The position numbers were made by a program, and so were the translations under genes. Below, in pieces: positions 10,949-21,202 of a stretch of DNA of 63,721 nt. The notes under the pieces were generated by a model. That model was not told the origin of the DNA and made no database searches. It saw nothing but the letters and a program-made list of their open reading frames with translations. How positions within the stretch are numbered: position 1 is the first letter of the stretch; each line of letters opens with the position of its first letter. Origin of the DNA: an uncultured Lichenihabitans sp. (GTDB taxonomy: Bacteria; Pseudomonadota; Alphaproteobacteria; Rhizobiales; Beijerinckiaceae); NCBI GenBank assembly GCA_964252585.1, contig CAXUOD010000003.1, forward strand, positions 1-63,721. The letters are read 5' to 3'.

Positions 10949-13792
10949 ATGGCCCTGATCCAGGAACGCGACACCGGTACGCCCGTCCGCCGATCTGAAA
11001 CGCTCGTGACGCTGACGATCGACGGCCAGGAGGTCTCGGTCCCGACCGGCACCTCCGTCATGGCGGCGGCGTCCCTCATGGGCACCGCGATCCCCAAGCT
11101 CTGCGCCACGGATTCGCTCGAGCCCTTCGGCTCCTGCCGGCTCTGCCTCGTCGAGATCGGCGGCCGTCGCGGTACGCCGGCCTCCTGCACGACGGTGGCC
11201 GAGGCCGGCATGGTGGTCCGGACCCAGACCCCGAAGCTCGCCAAGCTCCGCCGCGGCGTGATGGAGCTCTACATCTCGGATCACCCGCTGACCTGCCTCA
11301 CCTGCTCGGCCAACGGGGACTGCGAACTGCAGGACATGGCGGGCGCCGTCGGGCTGCGCGAGGTGCGCTACGGCTACGCGGGCGAAAACCACCTCGGGGC
11401 GCCGACCGACGCGTCGAACCCCTATTTCACCTTCGAATCCTCGAAGTGCATCGTCTGCAACCGCTGCGTCCGGGCCTGCGAGGAGGTGCAGGGCACCTTC
11501 GCCCTGACGATCGACGGGCGTGGCTTCGCGTCCAAGGTGTCGCCCGGCGGCACGGACTTCTTCGGCTCGGAATGCGTGTCCTGCGGAGCCTGCGTGCAGG
11601 CCTGCCCGACCGCCACGCTGAACGAGAAATCGGTCATCGCCATGGGCAAGCCTGAACATTCGGCCGTGACCACCTGCGCCTATTGCGGGGTCGGCTGCGC
11701 GTTCAAGGCCGAGATGCAGGGCGACAAGGTCGTCCGCATGGTGCCCTACAAGGGTGGCCAGGCCAACGAAGGCCATTCCTGCGTCAAGGGTCGGTTCGCT
11801 TACGGCTATGCCACCCACAAGGACCGCATCACCGAACCGATGATCCGCGACCGGATCACGGACCCGTGGCGGGTCGTGACCTGGGCCGAGGCCGTCGCGC
11901 ATGCGGCCTCGGCGTTCAAGCGCATCCAGGCGACCTACGGCCGCGACTCGGTCGGCGGCATCACGTCGTCGCGCTGCACCAACGAGGAGAGCTACCTCGT
12001 GCAGAAGCTCGTCCGCGCGGCCTTCGGCAACAACAACGTCGACACCTGCGCCCGCGTCTGCCACTCGCCGACCGGCTACGGCCTCAAGGTCACGGTCGGC
12101 ACCTCGGCCGGCACGCAGGACTTCGCCTCGGTGGCCGAGGCGGACGTCATCTTCGTGATCGGGGCCAACCCGACCGATGGGCACCCGGTCTTCGGGTCGC
12201 GCATGAAGCGGCGGCTGCGCGAGGGCGCGAAGCTCATCGTGGCCGACCCGCGCCGCACCGATATCGTGAAATCGCCGCACGTGAAGGCCGATTATCACCT
12301 GCAGCTCAAGCCCGGCGCCAACGTCGCGATCATCAACGCCATGGCCCATGTCGTGGTGACGGAGGGGCTGATCGACGAAAACTACGTTCGGACGCGCTGC
12401 GAACTGCGTGACTTCGAGGTCTGGGCCCGCTTCGTCGCCGACACGCGGCATTCTCCGGAAGCTACCGAGGACCTGACCGGCGTACCGGCCGCGGACGTCA
12501 GGGCCGCGGCCCGCCTCTACGCGACCGGAGGCAAGGCCGCGATCTACTACGGCCTCGGCGTCACCGAGCACAGCCAAGGCTCGACCATGGTGATGGGCAT
12601 GGCCAATCTTGCCATGGCGACCGGCAACATCGGGCACGCGGGTGTCGGCGTGAACCCATTGCGAGGCCAGAACAACGTGCAGGGCTCGTGCGACATGGGC
12701 TCCTTCCCGCATGAGTTGCCGGGCTATCGGCACGTGTCGGACGATGCGACGCGCGAGATGTTCGAGACGATGTGGGGCGTGAAGCTCGAGGAAGAGCCGG
12801 GGCTGCGCATCCCCAACATGCTCGACGAGGCTGTGCAGGGACGGTTCAAAGGGATCTACATTCAGGGCGAGGACCCGGCCCAGTCGGACCCCGACACGCA
12901 GCACGTCACGGCCGGGCTGCGGGCCATGGAATGCGTGGTGGTGCAGGACCTGTTCCTCAACGAGACCGCCAAATATGCCCACGTCTTCCTGCCGGGCGCC
13001 TCCTTCCTCGAAAAGGACGGCACGTTCACGAATGCGGAGCGGCGCATCAGCCGGGTCCGCAAGGTCATGGCGCCGCTCGGCGGCTACGGCGACTGGGAAG
13101 TGACTTGCCTGCTGTCGGAGGCGCTCGGTTATCCGATGTCCTACGCGCATCCGAGCGAGATCATGGACGAGGTCGCGGCCCTGACGCCCACCTTCGCGGG
13201 CGTCTCCTACGACAAGCTCGACCGGCTCGGCTCCATTCAATGGCCCTGCAATGCCGCCGCGCCCAACGGCACGCCCATGATGCATGTCGACCGCTTCGTG
13301 CGCGGCCTTGGCAAGTTCATGCTCACGGCATTCGTGCCGACAGAAGAGCGGACCGGAGCACGGTTCCCGCTGGTGCTGACCACCGGCCGCATCCTGTCAC
13401 AATACAACGTCGGGGCCCAGACCCGGCGGACCGAGAACTCGCGCTGGCACGAGGAAGACGTGCTCGAGATCCATCCCTTCGACGCGGAACTGCGCGGCAT
13501 CGCGGATGGCGATCTCGTGTCGCTCGAAAGCCGGTCGGGCGATATCGCCATCAAGGCCGAGATCAGCGAGCGCATGCAGCCGGGAGTGGTCTATACCACG
13601 TTCCACCACGCCAAGACCGGCGCCAACGTGATCACCACGGAATACTCGGACTGGGCCACGAACTGTCCCGAGTACAAAGTCACGGCCGTACAGGTCCGGC
13701 GCACCAACCGGCCTTCGGAGTGGCAGGCCAAGTTCTACGACGAGGACTTCAGCCTGACCCGCATCGCGGCACATCTCGACGCGGCCGAATAG
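10949..13792 (+). CDS. fdsA: NAD-dependent formate dehydrogenase alpha (molybdopterin) subunit
   Basis: N-terminal Fe-S clusters, CAYCGVGC, active-site CARVCHSP (Cys), LRGQNNVQG, PEYK C-terminus. Confidence 0.97.
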   Translation: MALIQERDTGTPVRRSETLVTLTIDGQEVSVPTGTSVMAAASLMGTAIPKLCATDSLEPFGSCRLCLVEIGGRRGTPASCTTVAEAGMVVRTQTPKLAKLRRGVMELYISDHPLTCLTCSANGDCELQDMAGAVGLREVRYGYAGENHLGAPTDASNPYFTFESSKCIVCNRCVRACEEVQGTFALTIDGRGFASKVSPGGTDFFGSECVSCGACVQACPTATLNEKSVIAMGKPEHSAVTTCAYCGVGCAFKAEMQGDKVVRMVPYKGGQANEGHSCVKGRFAYGYATHKDRITEPMIRDRITDPWRVVTWAEAVAHAASAFKRIQATYGRDSVGGITSSRCTNEESYLVQKLVRAAFGNNNVDTCARVCHSPTGYGLKVTVGTSAGTQDFASVAEADVIFVIGANPTDGHPVFGSRMKRRLREGAKLIVADPRRTDIVKSPHVKADYHLQLKPGANVAIINAMAHVVVTEGLIDENYVRTRCELRDFEVWARFVADTRHSPEATEDLTGVPAADVRAAARLYATGGKAAIYYGLGVTEHSQGSTMVMGMANLAMATGNIGHAGVGVNPLRGQNNVQGSCDMGSFPHELPGYRHVSDDATREMFETMWGVKLEEEPGLRIPNMLDEAVQGRFKGIYIQGEDPAQSDPDTQHVTAGLRAMECVVVQDLFLNETAKYAHVFLPGASFLEKDGTFTNAERRISRVRKVMAPLGGYGDWEVTCLLSEALGYPMSYAHPSEIMDEVAALTPTFAGVSYDKLDRLGSIQWPCNAAAPNGTPMMHVDRFVRGLGKFMLTAFVPTEERTGARFPLVLTTGRILSQYNVGAQTRRTENSRWHEEDVLEIHPFDAELRGIADGDLVSLESRSGDIAIKAEISERMQPGVVYTTFHHAKTGANVITTEYSDWATNCPEYKVTAVQVRRTNRPSEWQAKFYDEDFSLTRIAAHLDAAE

Positions 13793-13793
13793 C

Positions 13794-14081
13794 ATGATGG
13801 AGGCTGGAGCCAAGCTCGACCATATGGCGAACCAGATCGCCTCCTTCTTCCGGTCCTACCCGGATGAGGAGGCCGTGGCCGGGATCCACGAACACATTCG
13901 CTCGTTCTGGTCGCCGGCTATGCGGCACGATCTTCTGGCCCGGGCGGAGACCGGGTCAGCGCAGCTCGACCCGTTGGTCGTAGCGGCCCTCCATGCCCTG
14001 TCGACGGGGTCGAGCCCCGTGCGTCGCGAGGTCGCTGGCCCAGCCGAGGCCGGTGAGATCGGAGCCAGCGACGCCGGCTGA
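13794..14081 (+). CDS. fdsD: Formate dehydrogenase delta subunit
   Basis: KLDHMANQIASFF...HIRSFWSPAMR FdsD signature. Confidence 0.92.
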   Translation: MMEAGAKLDHMANQIASFFRSYPDEEAVAGIHEHIRSFWSPAMRHDLLARAETGSAQLDPLVVAALHALSTGSSPVRREVAGPAEAGEIGASDAG

Positions 14082-14369
14082 CCTCCGCGTGGGCGATCCT
14101 AAGCTGGCGTGGGCCTCCATGAGACGCTCCAGCGTCTCCGGAGCACCCTCTGGCTGGGAAAGGCCGAGCGCGCCCCGACACGGCCCCGCAGCCCGGCTCG
14201 GCTCAAGGAGCGCTTGATCGCTTCTTGCTTCTACAGGACAATCCTCATCAACTCACTTGCGCCTCGATCTTGATGCCCTCACCGACCTCATGCTGAGCCG
14301 GCCCGTAGGGCCGAGTCGAAGCACGCTGGGCCGAAAAGGCCGGCATCCCGCGCTTGGTGGCCGTTGGCG

Positions 14370-15191
14370 TCAGGCCTTCAGACGCTCGATCAAGGCCATG
14401 GCGGCGGCGGGATTGCGCACCTTGTCGCCGCTGATGAAGTAGAGGTAGACCTCGGCCGGGACCTCCGTCTTCTCGTGCGGCGTCACTGTTTCCCATTCGT
14501 GCGGGATCTTGCCGGCCGCAAGTTGTCGCGCGTGCTCTGCCCAGAGGTCCAAGGCTGCAGCACCATAGCCGAGCGGCTCAGCTTCTACGGCACCCATGAT
14601 GCGAGCATAGACGAACGGAGCGGTACGGTCGGCGATCTGCACGTATTTGGAGTCGACCGCGAGGACGATCCCGACCCCGTAGAGCCGGGTCAGGGCCACG
14701 AAGTCCGGGTTGCGGAAGCTGTCGTGGCGGACCTCGACGACGTTGCGGATCGTATGTCCCTCGACCTCCTTCGGCAGGAGTTTCAGGAAGCCCTCGAAGT
14801 CGCCGGCATCGAAGGCTTTGGTCGGTGCAAATTGCCAATTGACCGCGCCGAGCTTATCGCCGAGCAGCATCACGCCGCTCGCGAAGAAGCGATCGATGGA
14901 GCTTCCCGCCTCGCTCAAGATCCGTCGGTTGGTGGCGAAGCGAGGCGCTTTGACCGAGAAGACGAAGCCGTCCGGCGACTCGTCACGCCACTTGACGAAG
15001 CTCTCGGGCTTTTGCGACCCGTAGAACGTGCCATTGATCTCGATCGACGTGAGATGGCTCGCCGCGAATTCGAGCTCACGTTTTTGGGGCAGCTTGTCCG
15101 GGTAGAAGGTTCCGCGCCAGGGCTCGAACGTCCAGCCGCCAACGCCGACCCGAATGGAGCCGTGGGACGCCTTGTCCACGTGGAGCCTCAA
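14370..15191 (-). CDS. DUF72 (YecE/YunF-like) protein
   Basis: IRVGVGGWTFEPWRGTFYP...SIEINGTFY...FSVKAPRFATNR...VVEVRHDSF; TTG start overlaps the upstream stop (alternative GTG at 15179). Confidence 0.88.
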   Translation of the reverse strand: MRLHVDKASHGSIRVGVGGWTFEPWRGTFYPDKLPQKRELEFAASHLTSIEINGTFYGSQKPESFVKWRDESPDGFVFSVKAPRFATNRRILSEAGSSIDRFFASGVMLLGDKLGAVNWQFAPTKAFDAGDFEGFLKLLPKEVEGHTIRNVVEVRHDSFRNPDFVALTRLYGVGIVLAVDSKYVQIADRTAPFVYARIMGAVEAEPLGYGAAALDLWAEHARQLAAGKIPHEWETVTPHEKTEVPAEVYLYFISGDKVRNPAAAMALIERLKA

Positions 15192-16237
15192 ACCGGCTTG
15201 ACCGGCACGCTGTCGGCGGAGCCCAATGCCCGGATTTCCTCTCCCGAGCGTTCGTCCGCCACGGCCAAGTCACGTTGATCGTCGATGTCGACCCTGGTTC
15301 TGCGCACCGTGTCGTGAACCGTCTCAGTGCGATTGCTGACGTCCTTGCGCAGGCCGATTTCCTCGATCAGGCGTGCGGTCTTGCTCACGACGGCCTCTTC
15401 GTCGACCTCTTCAATTTCGATAGTCCGGTCCTGGAACCCTGCGATTTGCAAGTCATCTTGCGAGACCGCGCGATCCACCGCCTGACGATCGACCCTGATC
15501 GTCTCGTCCCGCAGCAGGATCTCCTTGGTGACAGGGTTTTCGACCACGTAGCTGTGAATACGAACCTTGCCGCGGCTGACCGCCCGCTTGCCGACCACGA
15601 GACGCTCTTCCAAGACTTGCAACACGTTTGCGTCACGGCGATCGGTGGCGACGGCCATAGCATTGGCAGACGTGGGAGCAGCACGTTCGGTTTCGACGGC
15701 CGACGCCAGGACGGGAGCTTCGACCGGGGACGATACGGCAAACGAAGCCGGTTGGACGACTGGCGCGGGTTCGACCGGCAGCATGGCGGAACTCGCCATG
15801 GTTTCGAGCCCCAAGGCGTCGGGCAGGACCGAAGCGCCAAACGGCATCCCGACCGCGCCCCCAAGCCATCCGTCGTTGCGCCAGGAGATTTCCCGTTCCT
15901 CGAGATCGATCGAGCCATGGCGGTCCAGGATCTCGACGGCCTCGTCGAGCTGTTCGTCATCGACCTGGGCGGTCAGCAACGTGCCGCCGCGGCGAATGCC
16001 TTCGGCGTAAAGGCGGTGGTCGTCGGATCCTCCGAACAGGTCCTCCAGCATGCCCCAGAAACCCTTGCGCTTGGGCTCACCGGCGTGCAGCGGATCGAAG
16101 GTCGCGAATTCGTCGCGAGCATCGGCGGGCGAAAGTGTCACGCATCGATCCGAGAGACCAGCTTGCCTCAACAGGCTGACCGCTTCATCGGCATAGGCGC
16201 GATCATCAAAGAATGCCGTGATGGAATGGATCGTCAT
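15188..16237 (-). CDS. YsnF/AvaK (DUF2382) general stress protein
   Basis: AFFDD...YAEGIRRGG N-terminal domain; EERLVVGKRAVSRGKVRIHSYVVE...DTVRRTRVDID; start chosen by GAGG RBS spacing. Confidence 0.85.
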   Translation of the reverse strand: MTIHSITAFFDDRAYADEAVSLLRQAGLSDRCVTLSPADARDEFATFDPLHAGEPKRKGFWGMLEDLFGGSDDHRLYAEGIRRGGTLLTAQVDDEQLDEAVEILDRHGSIDLEEREISWRNDGWLGGAVGMPFGASVLPDALGLETMASSAMLPVEPAPVVQPASFAVSSPVEAPVLASAVETERAAPTSANAMAVATDRRDANVLQVLEERLVVGKRAVSRGKVRIHSYVVENPVTKEILLRDETIRVDRQAVDRAVSQDDLQIAGFQDRTIEIEEVDEEAVVSKTARLIEEIGLRKDVSNRTETVHDTVRRTRVDIDDQRDLAVADERSGEEIRALGSADSVPVKPV

Positions 16238-16330
16238 CGATTGCATCCTCGCTGATCGGCAATTTCCGCCGCGCACCATTCGCCTGACGACAAGCGCCGC
16301 GGCAGGCCTGCCGCGGCGCTTGTTTGGCTG

Positions 16331-17464
16331 TTACCAGGCGGCCTTGACTTCGGCAGTGGTCCGCTTGAGGTGCACATGCTGGTCGATATGGTCGACCCAA
16401 GCCATCGGGATATAGTGATGCTCGCCGTCCGGCGAGGTGGTCTTCGCCAGCTTGATCGTATCCGCGCCGTCCATGTGGTCGACCGTTCCCACCTTCGTGC
16501 CGTCGGATGCGATCACATCCATATGGGCCATCACGGTACCCACATCGCTGCCTTCGACGATGCCGCTCCGGGTCGTCGAGCCACCGACCACGGTCCCGCG
16601 ACCATCTTCGATTTCGACCTCGGTGCGACGGACCGTATCGGTAATCGTCTCGGTCCTGTCGCGTGCTTCTTTGTGCAGGGAGATTTCCTCGACGACGCGA
16701 GCCTGCTTCGAGACGACCGCCTCTTCGGCAAATTCCTCGACCTCGATGACGCGGTCCTGGAACATGGCGTCGGTGGCGCTCACGGCGCGATCCACCGGGC
16801 GACGGTCGACGGAAACGTTTTCCGTGCGGAGTGAAACCTGCTCGTTGACCGCCGTCTCGACGACATAGCTCCGGACGCGCAACCGGCCATGGCTGACCTC
16901 GCGCTTGCCGACCTGGATGCTCTCCTCATAGACGGGGATCATCTCGTCGGACCCTTGGGCCGCAGTGCCCTTCGCGAGGATCGGCTGGGAAGGCGCCGTC
17001 ACGGATGCGGTGCGGGTGATCGTGTCGGTCGCGGCCATGCCGGCCGCCGCCATTGGAACGGCGCCCGCCTGGTAGCCCTTCCAACCTTCCGAGCGCCAGG
17101 TCGTCTCCCGCTCATCCATATCGACCGCGCCGTCGCGATCCAGAATATCGAGAACACGGTCGTAATTGGCCTCGTCGCTCCTGATGGAAACGAGATAGCC
17201 GCCGCGACGCAGACCTTCGGCGTAGGAGTATTGATCCTCCTCCGGCATGAACAGATCCTTCAGGGACTGCAGAAAGCCTTCATGCTGGGGCGTCGTTGCC
17301 GTCGTGCCGAGCGAAGAGGTGGTTGCACCGGCGACCATTGTGATGTGCTGCTTCGGGATACCGAGGGCTTCAAGATCCGCAATCGCTGTTTCGGCAGCAC
17401 CCTTCGTGTCGAAGAAAGCGGCGAGTGTGCGTGAATGCACGGATGTGTTGTCACTGAGGCTCAT
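16331..17464 (-). CDS. YsnF/AvaK (DUF2382) protein with C-terminal DUF2171 domain
   Basis: Paralogue of the downstream gene; tail HMDVIASDGTKVGTVDHMDG..IKLAK..DGEHHYIPMAWV matches DUF2171. Confidence 0.87.
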   Translation of the reverse strand: MSLSDNTSVHSRTLAAFFDTKGAAETAIADLEALGIPKQHITMVAGATTSSLGTTATTPQHEGFLQSLKDLFMPEEDQYSYAEGLRRGGYLVSIRSDEANYDRVLDILDRDGAVDMDERETTWRSEGWKGYQAGAVPMAAAGMAATDTITRTASVTAPSQPILAKGTAAQGSDEMIPVYEESIQVGKREVSHGRLRVRSYVVETAVNEQVSLRTENVSVDRRPVDRAVSATDAMFQDRVIEVEEFAEEAVVSKQARVVEEISLHKEARDRTETITDTVRRTEVEIEDGRGTVVGGSTTRSGIVEGSDVGTVMAHMDVIASDGTKVGTVDHMDGADTIKLAKTTSPDGEHHYIPMAWVDHIDQHVHLKRTTAEVKAAW

Positions 17465-17627
17465 GGTGGCTCTGTCGGTTCAAGGCGCGCCGGCGCATGG
17501 CGAAGTGGGCCGGAGACATTCCCGACGCGGAACACCTCCAGCTTCACGGCGTAGAGACTGCTTCCGCCCATGCTCGAACTATACCCGAAGCATGGATGGT
17601 CCTCCCAGGGGATCCATGAGCCCAGGG

Positions 17628-17653
17628 AACGGTGCAGTCTCTCGCGAAGTTCC
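17628..17653 (-). promoter_or_regulatory. EcfG/sigma-T (general stress response) promoter GGAAC-N17-CGTT
   Basis: Minus strand reads GGAAC-TTCGCGAGAGACTGCAC-CGTT, about 165 bp upstream of the YsnF operon. Confidence 0.8.
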
Positions 17654-17965
17654 GCCGGTAGGATAAATATGCCAATCCGGATGTGAAAACGCGATCTAAT
17701 CTCGTCCGACTGAATGCATCCGCACACCTCATGGCTCGTGAAGCGGAGCGGGCTGATCGAAGCGTTGAAGCTGCAGGGCGCTCATCGAGTCACGCCGAGA
17801 CTGCGTCGAATGCAATGCCCGACGAGGTGCGGCACCTTTCGAGACGCGTGCGCCGCACCAATAGCAGCCTACAAGCGACCCGGCAGCGCTGCCATCGGCC
17901 TCTTCGCTGTCAGTTTCCGGGCTTGCTCCGCCCTGGCGCCCAGGCTGCGCGTTTCGAGCGGTCCA

Positions 17966-19507
17966 TCAATCGACGCGTTGCGCTGTGATGCCGGCGGTCA
18001 TGCCGCGGTCTCCGATGAAACCTGGCGATGGATCCGCGAGGGCGTCCCGCAAGCGTGACGGAGCCGACCGGCCATATGATCTCTGATGCACTCCAAGCGT
18101 GAACAGTGCGAAACCGGAGGCGATGGGCCAGACCAATATCCGATCCATAAACCAGGCATGCTGGATCGTATGTTGCCAAAAAGCGACTAGCCAAACGGGA
18201 ATCACCACGTTCGAGGCGAGCAGGAATAAGGATTGCTCTCGTAGCCTGTCCGACAGGGAACACATGCGAATCGTCGTAAAGCCCCAAATACCTGCAACCA
18301 CCGCAAGGGCGATGGTCAGGCCTGCCAGAAGCCTCATGTTGCCCGCCAAGCCACTTAGTCCGCCGATGATCTTGGACCCGAAGACCATCAGTCCGCCGTT
18401 GGACATGGTGGAGGTGTCTCCGATCGACATCCGCTTGCCCAGGGCGTCGAAGAAATCCGGCAGGACACCAAACCCGAACGTCGCCAAGGCTATGAGGATT
18501 TTGAGCACGATGCACGCGACAGCTGCCGTGGCGAAGGCGAGCAGGCACTGCAGAGTTACGCCGGCCATGCGAAGCCGAGCCGCGTCTTGCCGAAGGGCGA
18601 GAGGGATCAAACCGATCATCAAAGCAGCACCGAGCGGCAGCCCACCGGTCAAGAACTCGAATATCATCGTCAAGCTGCCGAACACCGCCGAAGACATCAG
18701 CAGGGCGGGCGCTCCGAGCCCCCGTCTCGAAGCGATGCAGAGAAAAAGGAGGTAAGCCACGATGATGAGGTCGGACGGTCCATGGCTCAAGGATTGGCCG
18801 AACGACTCCAGTCCGAACCAACGCGAGAAAGCCACGAAGACAACGGCCCACACGAGGTAGGTGGCATGCCTCACCCCGGTCGCAAGCATGATCAGCGAAT
18901 ATGCAAATCCGGCAGTGACCGTCAAAGAGAGCAGCGAGCTGTAGAGGAGCCGGATCATGTTGACGCTCATGACCGGCAGCAGATAACGAACTAAGATTGT
19001 CTGCCCGTGCAGGTAACGATGGTAATATTCTACCCCGGTCAAGGGCGTATCGCCCTCCGCGAGGTGATAGAGCACGGGACAGGGCTCTGCCGGATCGGAA
19101 CGCTCGACGATGGTCGGAGGTAAGGTTGCACCTACACCACGATCTTCGACCGTTGCGGAAAAGGCCGCTCGGATAGGTGAGACGAGGAGCTCTCGCTCCA
19201 ACCCGGGCCTCTGGTCGATGCTCATGCCGAGGATCAGGCAGTCATTGAACTGGTGCACGCCAAGGATCGTGTTTCCGAGGGCCTTGTTGGCACCCGGCAG
19301 CAATTCGCCAGACGCGAAGGCGGCCCGCACATTCGATCTGGCCGTTTCGAGCTGGCGCCCCAAACTGAAATAGCTGGCAATAAAGAAAAGCAGCATGATC
19401 AGCACTGCGACGCCGACGGCTTTGAGCGCTGTCAGTATCGAAGTAAATACGACAGTATCGGATTTGAGGGCTGAACCTTTGGTCAAATATGAACTTGTAG
19501 GATGCAT
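17966..19507 (-). CDS. Polytopic membrane protein, possible GT-C-type glycosyltransferase
   Basis: N-terminal TM, a large loop (YYHRYLHGQ) and many further TM segments; same strand and downstream of a GT2; AT-richer sequence; start uncertain (TTG 19528 possible). Confidence 0.6.
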   Translation of the reverse strand: MHPTSSYLTKGSALKSDTVVFTSILTALKAVGVAVLIMLLFFIASYFSLGRQLETARSNVRAAFASGELLPGANKALGNTILGVHQFNDCLILGMSIDQRPGLERELLVSPIRAAFSATVEDRGVGATLPPTIVERSDPAEPCPVLYHLAEGDTPLTGVEYYHRYLHGQTILVRYLLPVMSVNMIRLLYSSLLSLTVTAGFAYSLIMLATGVRHATYLVWAVVFVAFSRWFGLESFGQSLSHGPSDLIIVAYLLFLCIASRRGLGAPALLMSSAVFGSLTMIFEFLTGGLPLGAALMIGLIPLALRQDAARLRMAGVTLQCLLAFATAAVACIVLKILIALATFGFGVLPDFFDALGKRMSIGDTSTMSNGGLMVFGSKIIGGLSGLAGNMRLLAGLTIALAVVAGIWGFTTIRMCSLSDRLREQSLFLLASNVVIPVWLVAFWQHTIQHAWFMDRILVWPIASGFALFTLGVHQRSYGRSAPSRLRDALADPSPGFIGDRGMTAGITAQRVD

Positions 19508-19807
19508 AGGAAACCTGTTTTCAGCCAAACAGTTCAGTGACGGCCTATAGTAGGCCCAGTCACATGATCAAAAAGAGTATAGGCTGCTGGATAGTGTATA
19601 AAAGCAGCATTTATCATGGCGTGTCAGCCAGCCTTGGAAGCAATGAAGACGCTCATCAACGTTCATCGCGAGCAGATCGCGAGAGGAGCGTGGCGCGTCC
19701 AGCTTCGTCGTGGGTCACGCAACGGGTTGCTTCGACGTTGCACTCCTAGGGTGATAAACGGCGCAGCTCAAGTTAGGATGACGTGAACACCCTCAAGTCC
19801 AATAGGC

Positions 19808-20851
19808 TCATGACACCAGTTCGATCGCGGGATGCCGCGCGCAACTCGACCTGGTCAGTTGCTGGCTGACGACAAGAGGCGAGGGCTGCGAGAGATAAGC
19901 GAAGCGCCGTGCCTCTCGTCGGCTGAGACTTACCGAGTCCAAAACCACGCCCGACGACAGCGATAGAAACGCCAACAGCACGAGACCCGTTGCCAGAACG
20001 GCGCTCGGAAGACGCGGCACGAGGCCGGTTTGGTTGAACTCCAGGAGGATCGAGGTGCCGAAGGACAGCGCGATTGCGAGGAGAACGAGGGAGATCAAGC
20101 CGAAGAAAGGAAAAGGACGCTCCTCCTTGACCAAACGCCCGATCATCCGAACGATCCGGACACCGTCCTTATAGGTGCTGAGTTTGCTCGTGGAGCCCTC
20201 CGGGCGGGACAGATACACCGTTTCGACTTCCGCAATCGGCATTCGCAGTTCGAGAGCATGAACCGTCAGTTCTGTTTCCGTCTCAAAACCCCGCGACATC
20301 GCCGGAAACGATTTGACATATCGGCGGGACAAGACCCGGTAGCCCGACAGCATGTCGCCGACCGGTTTGCCGAACATGGCAGAAACCATATTGGTCAACA
20401 GCTTGTTACCGAAGCGATGACCTGGTCGGTAAGCGCCAATGTCCTCACTCACCCGTTTACCCGTGACCATGTCCAGGCTGTCGTTCAACAACATCGTGAT
20501 CATCTCGGGTGCACGACTTGCGTCGTAGGTCGCGTCGCCATCCACCAGAACGAACACATCGGCTTCGATATCGGCAAACATCCGCCTGACCACGTTGCCT
20601 TTGCCCTGGGTCCGCTCGATACGAACGATCGCCCCAGCTCTTTCGGCCACTTTCGAGGTCGCGTCAGAAGAGTTGTTGTCGTAGACGTAGACGCCAGCAC
20701 CCGGCAGATAGGTTTGAAAGTCGGAGACGACTCTTTGAATTGTCTGCTCTTCGTTGTAACAGGGCACCAAGACCGCAATCGCAAATTCCGAGAGTTCGGT
20801 CCCGACCCCGGCGTTGGTAATGTTGGTTCGCTCGAAAGTAACTTTGGCCAT
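19808..20851 (-). CDS. Glycosyltransferase family 2 (GtrB/DPM-like polyprenol-phosphate glycosyltransferase)
   Basis: AVLVPCYNEE, VYDNNSSD, GKGNVVRRMF, LVDGDATY, DMLSGYR, GFETETEL and two C-terminal TMs. Confidence 0.9.
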   Translation of the reverse strand: MAKVTFERTNITNAGVGTELSEFAIAVLVPCYNEEQTIQRVVSDFQTYLPGAGVYVYDNNSSDATSKVAERAGAIVRIERTQGKGNVVRRMFADIEADVFVLVDGDATYDASRAPEMITMLLNDSLDMVTGKRVSEDIGAYRPGHRFGNKLLTNMVSAMFGKPVGDMLSGYRVLSRRYVKSFPAMSRGFETETELTVHALELRMPIAEVETVYLSRPEGSTSKLSTYKDGVRIVRMIGRLVKEERPFPFFGLISLVLLAIALSFGTSILLEFNQTGLVPRLPSAVLATGLVLLAFLSLSSGVVLDSVSLSRREARRFAYLSQPSPLVVSQQLTRSSCARHPAIELVS

Positions 20852-21202
20852 CTGATCATCCAGCGATGAGGAAGCATCGAGCGGTCCAACGCAGCAAGTT
20901 TTTACACGAAAGGAGCTTTCAGGCAAAATTAATCCAAAAACGATCGATTTATTTCTAACGACAAAACGGTACGACTGCAGCGCCAAGCTGCCGCGCCTTC
21001 AGTTCGACGGATTGGCAAGCGACTCTCCCAGGTTTCCGATTGGCCGATCGTTTCCTTGATCTGGCCTCTTTTGATAAACGGCAAGCCGAAAGCGTCGAAC
21101 TCGACCTGCAGATCGTCGTTCTACCCAACGCGAAAATACACCTGGAGTCTGTCGCGGGCAACACGCCATCCTCGTGCTCCTGCCGTCGTGCAGCCCTGCC
21201 GC

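Noticed and set aside
9206-13285. 1359-aa minus-strand ORF, and similar long antisense ORFs (28326-30479, 49170-51227, 61072-63312)
   Set aside because: Antisense shadows of well-supported genes, expected from GC-rich codon usage; no recognisable motifs.
10949-13792. Selenocysteine formate dehydrogenase
   Set aside because: The active site is CARVCH encoded by Cys codons, with no in-frame TGA.
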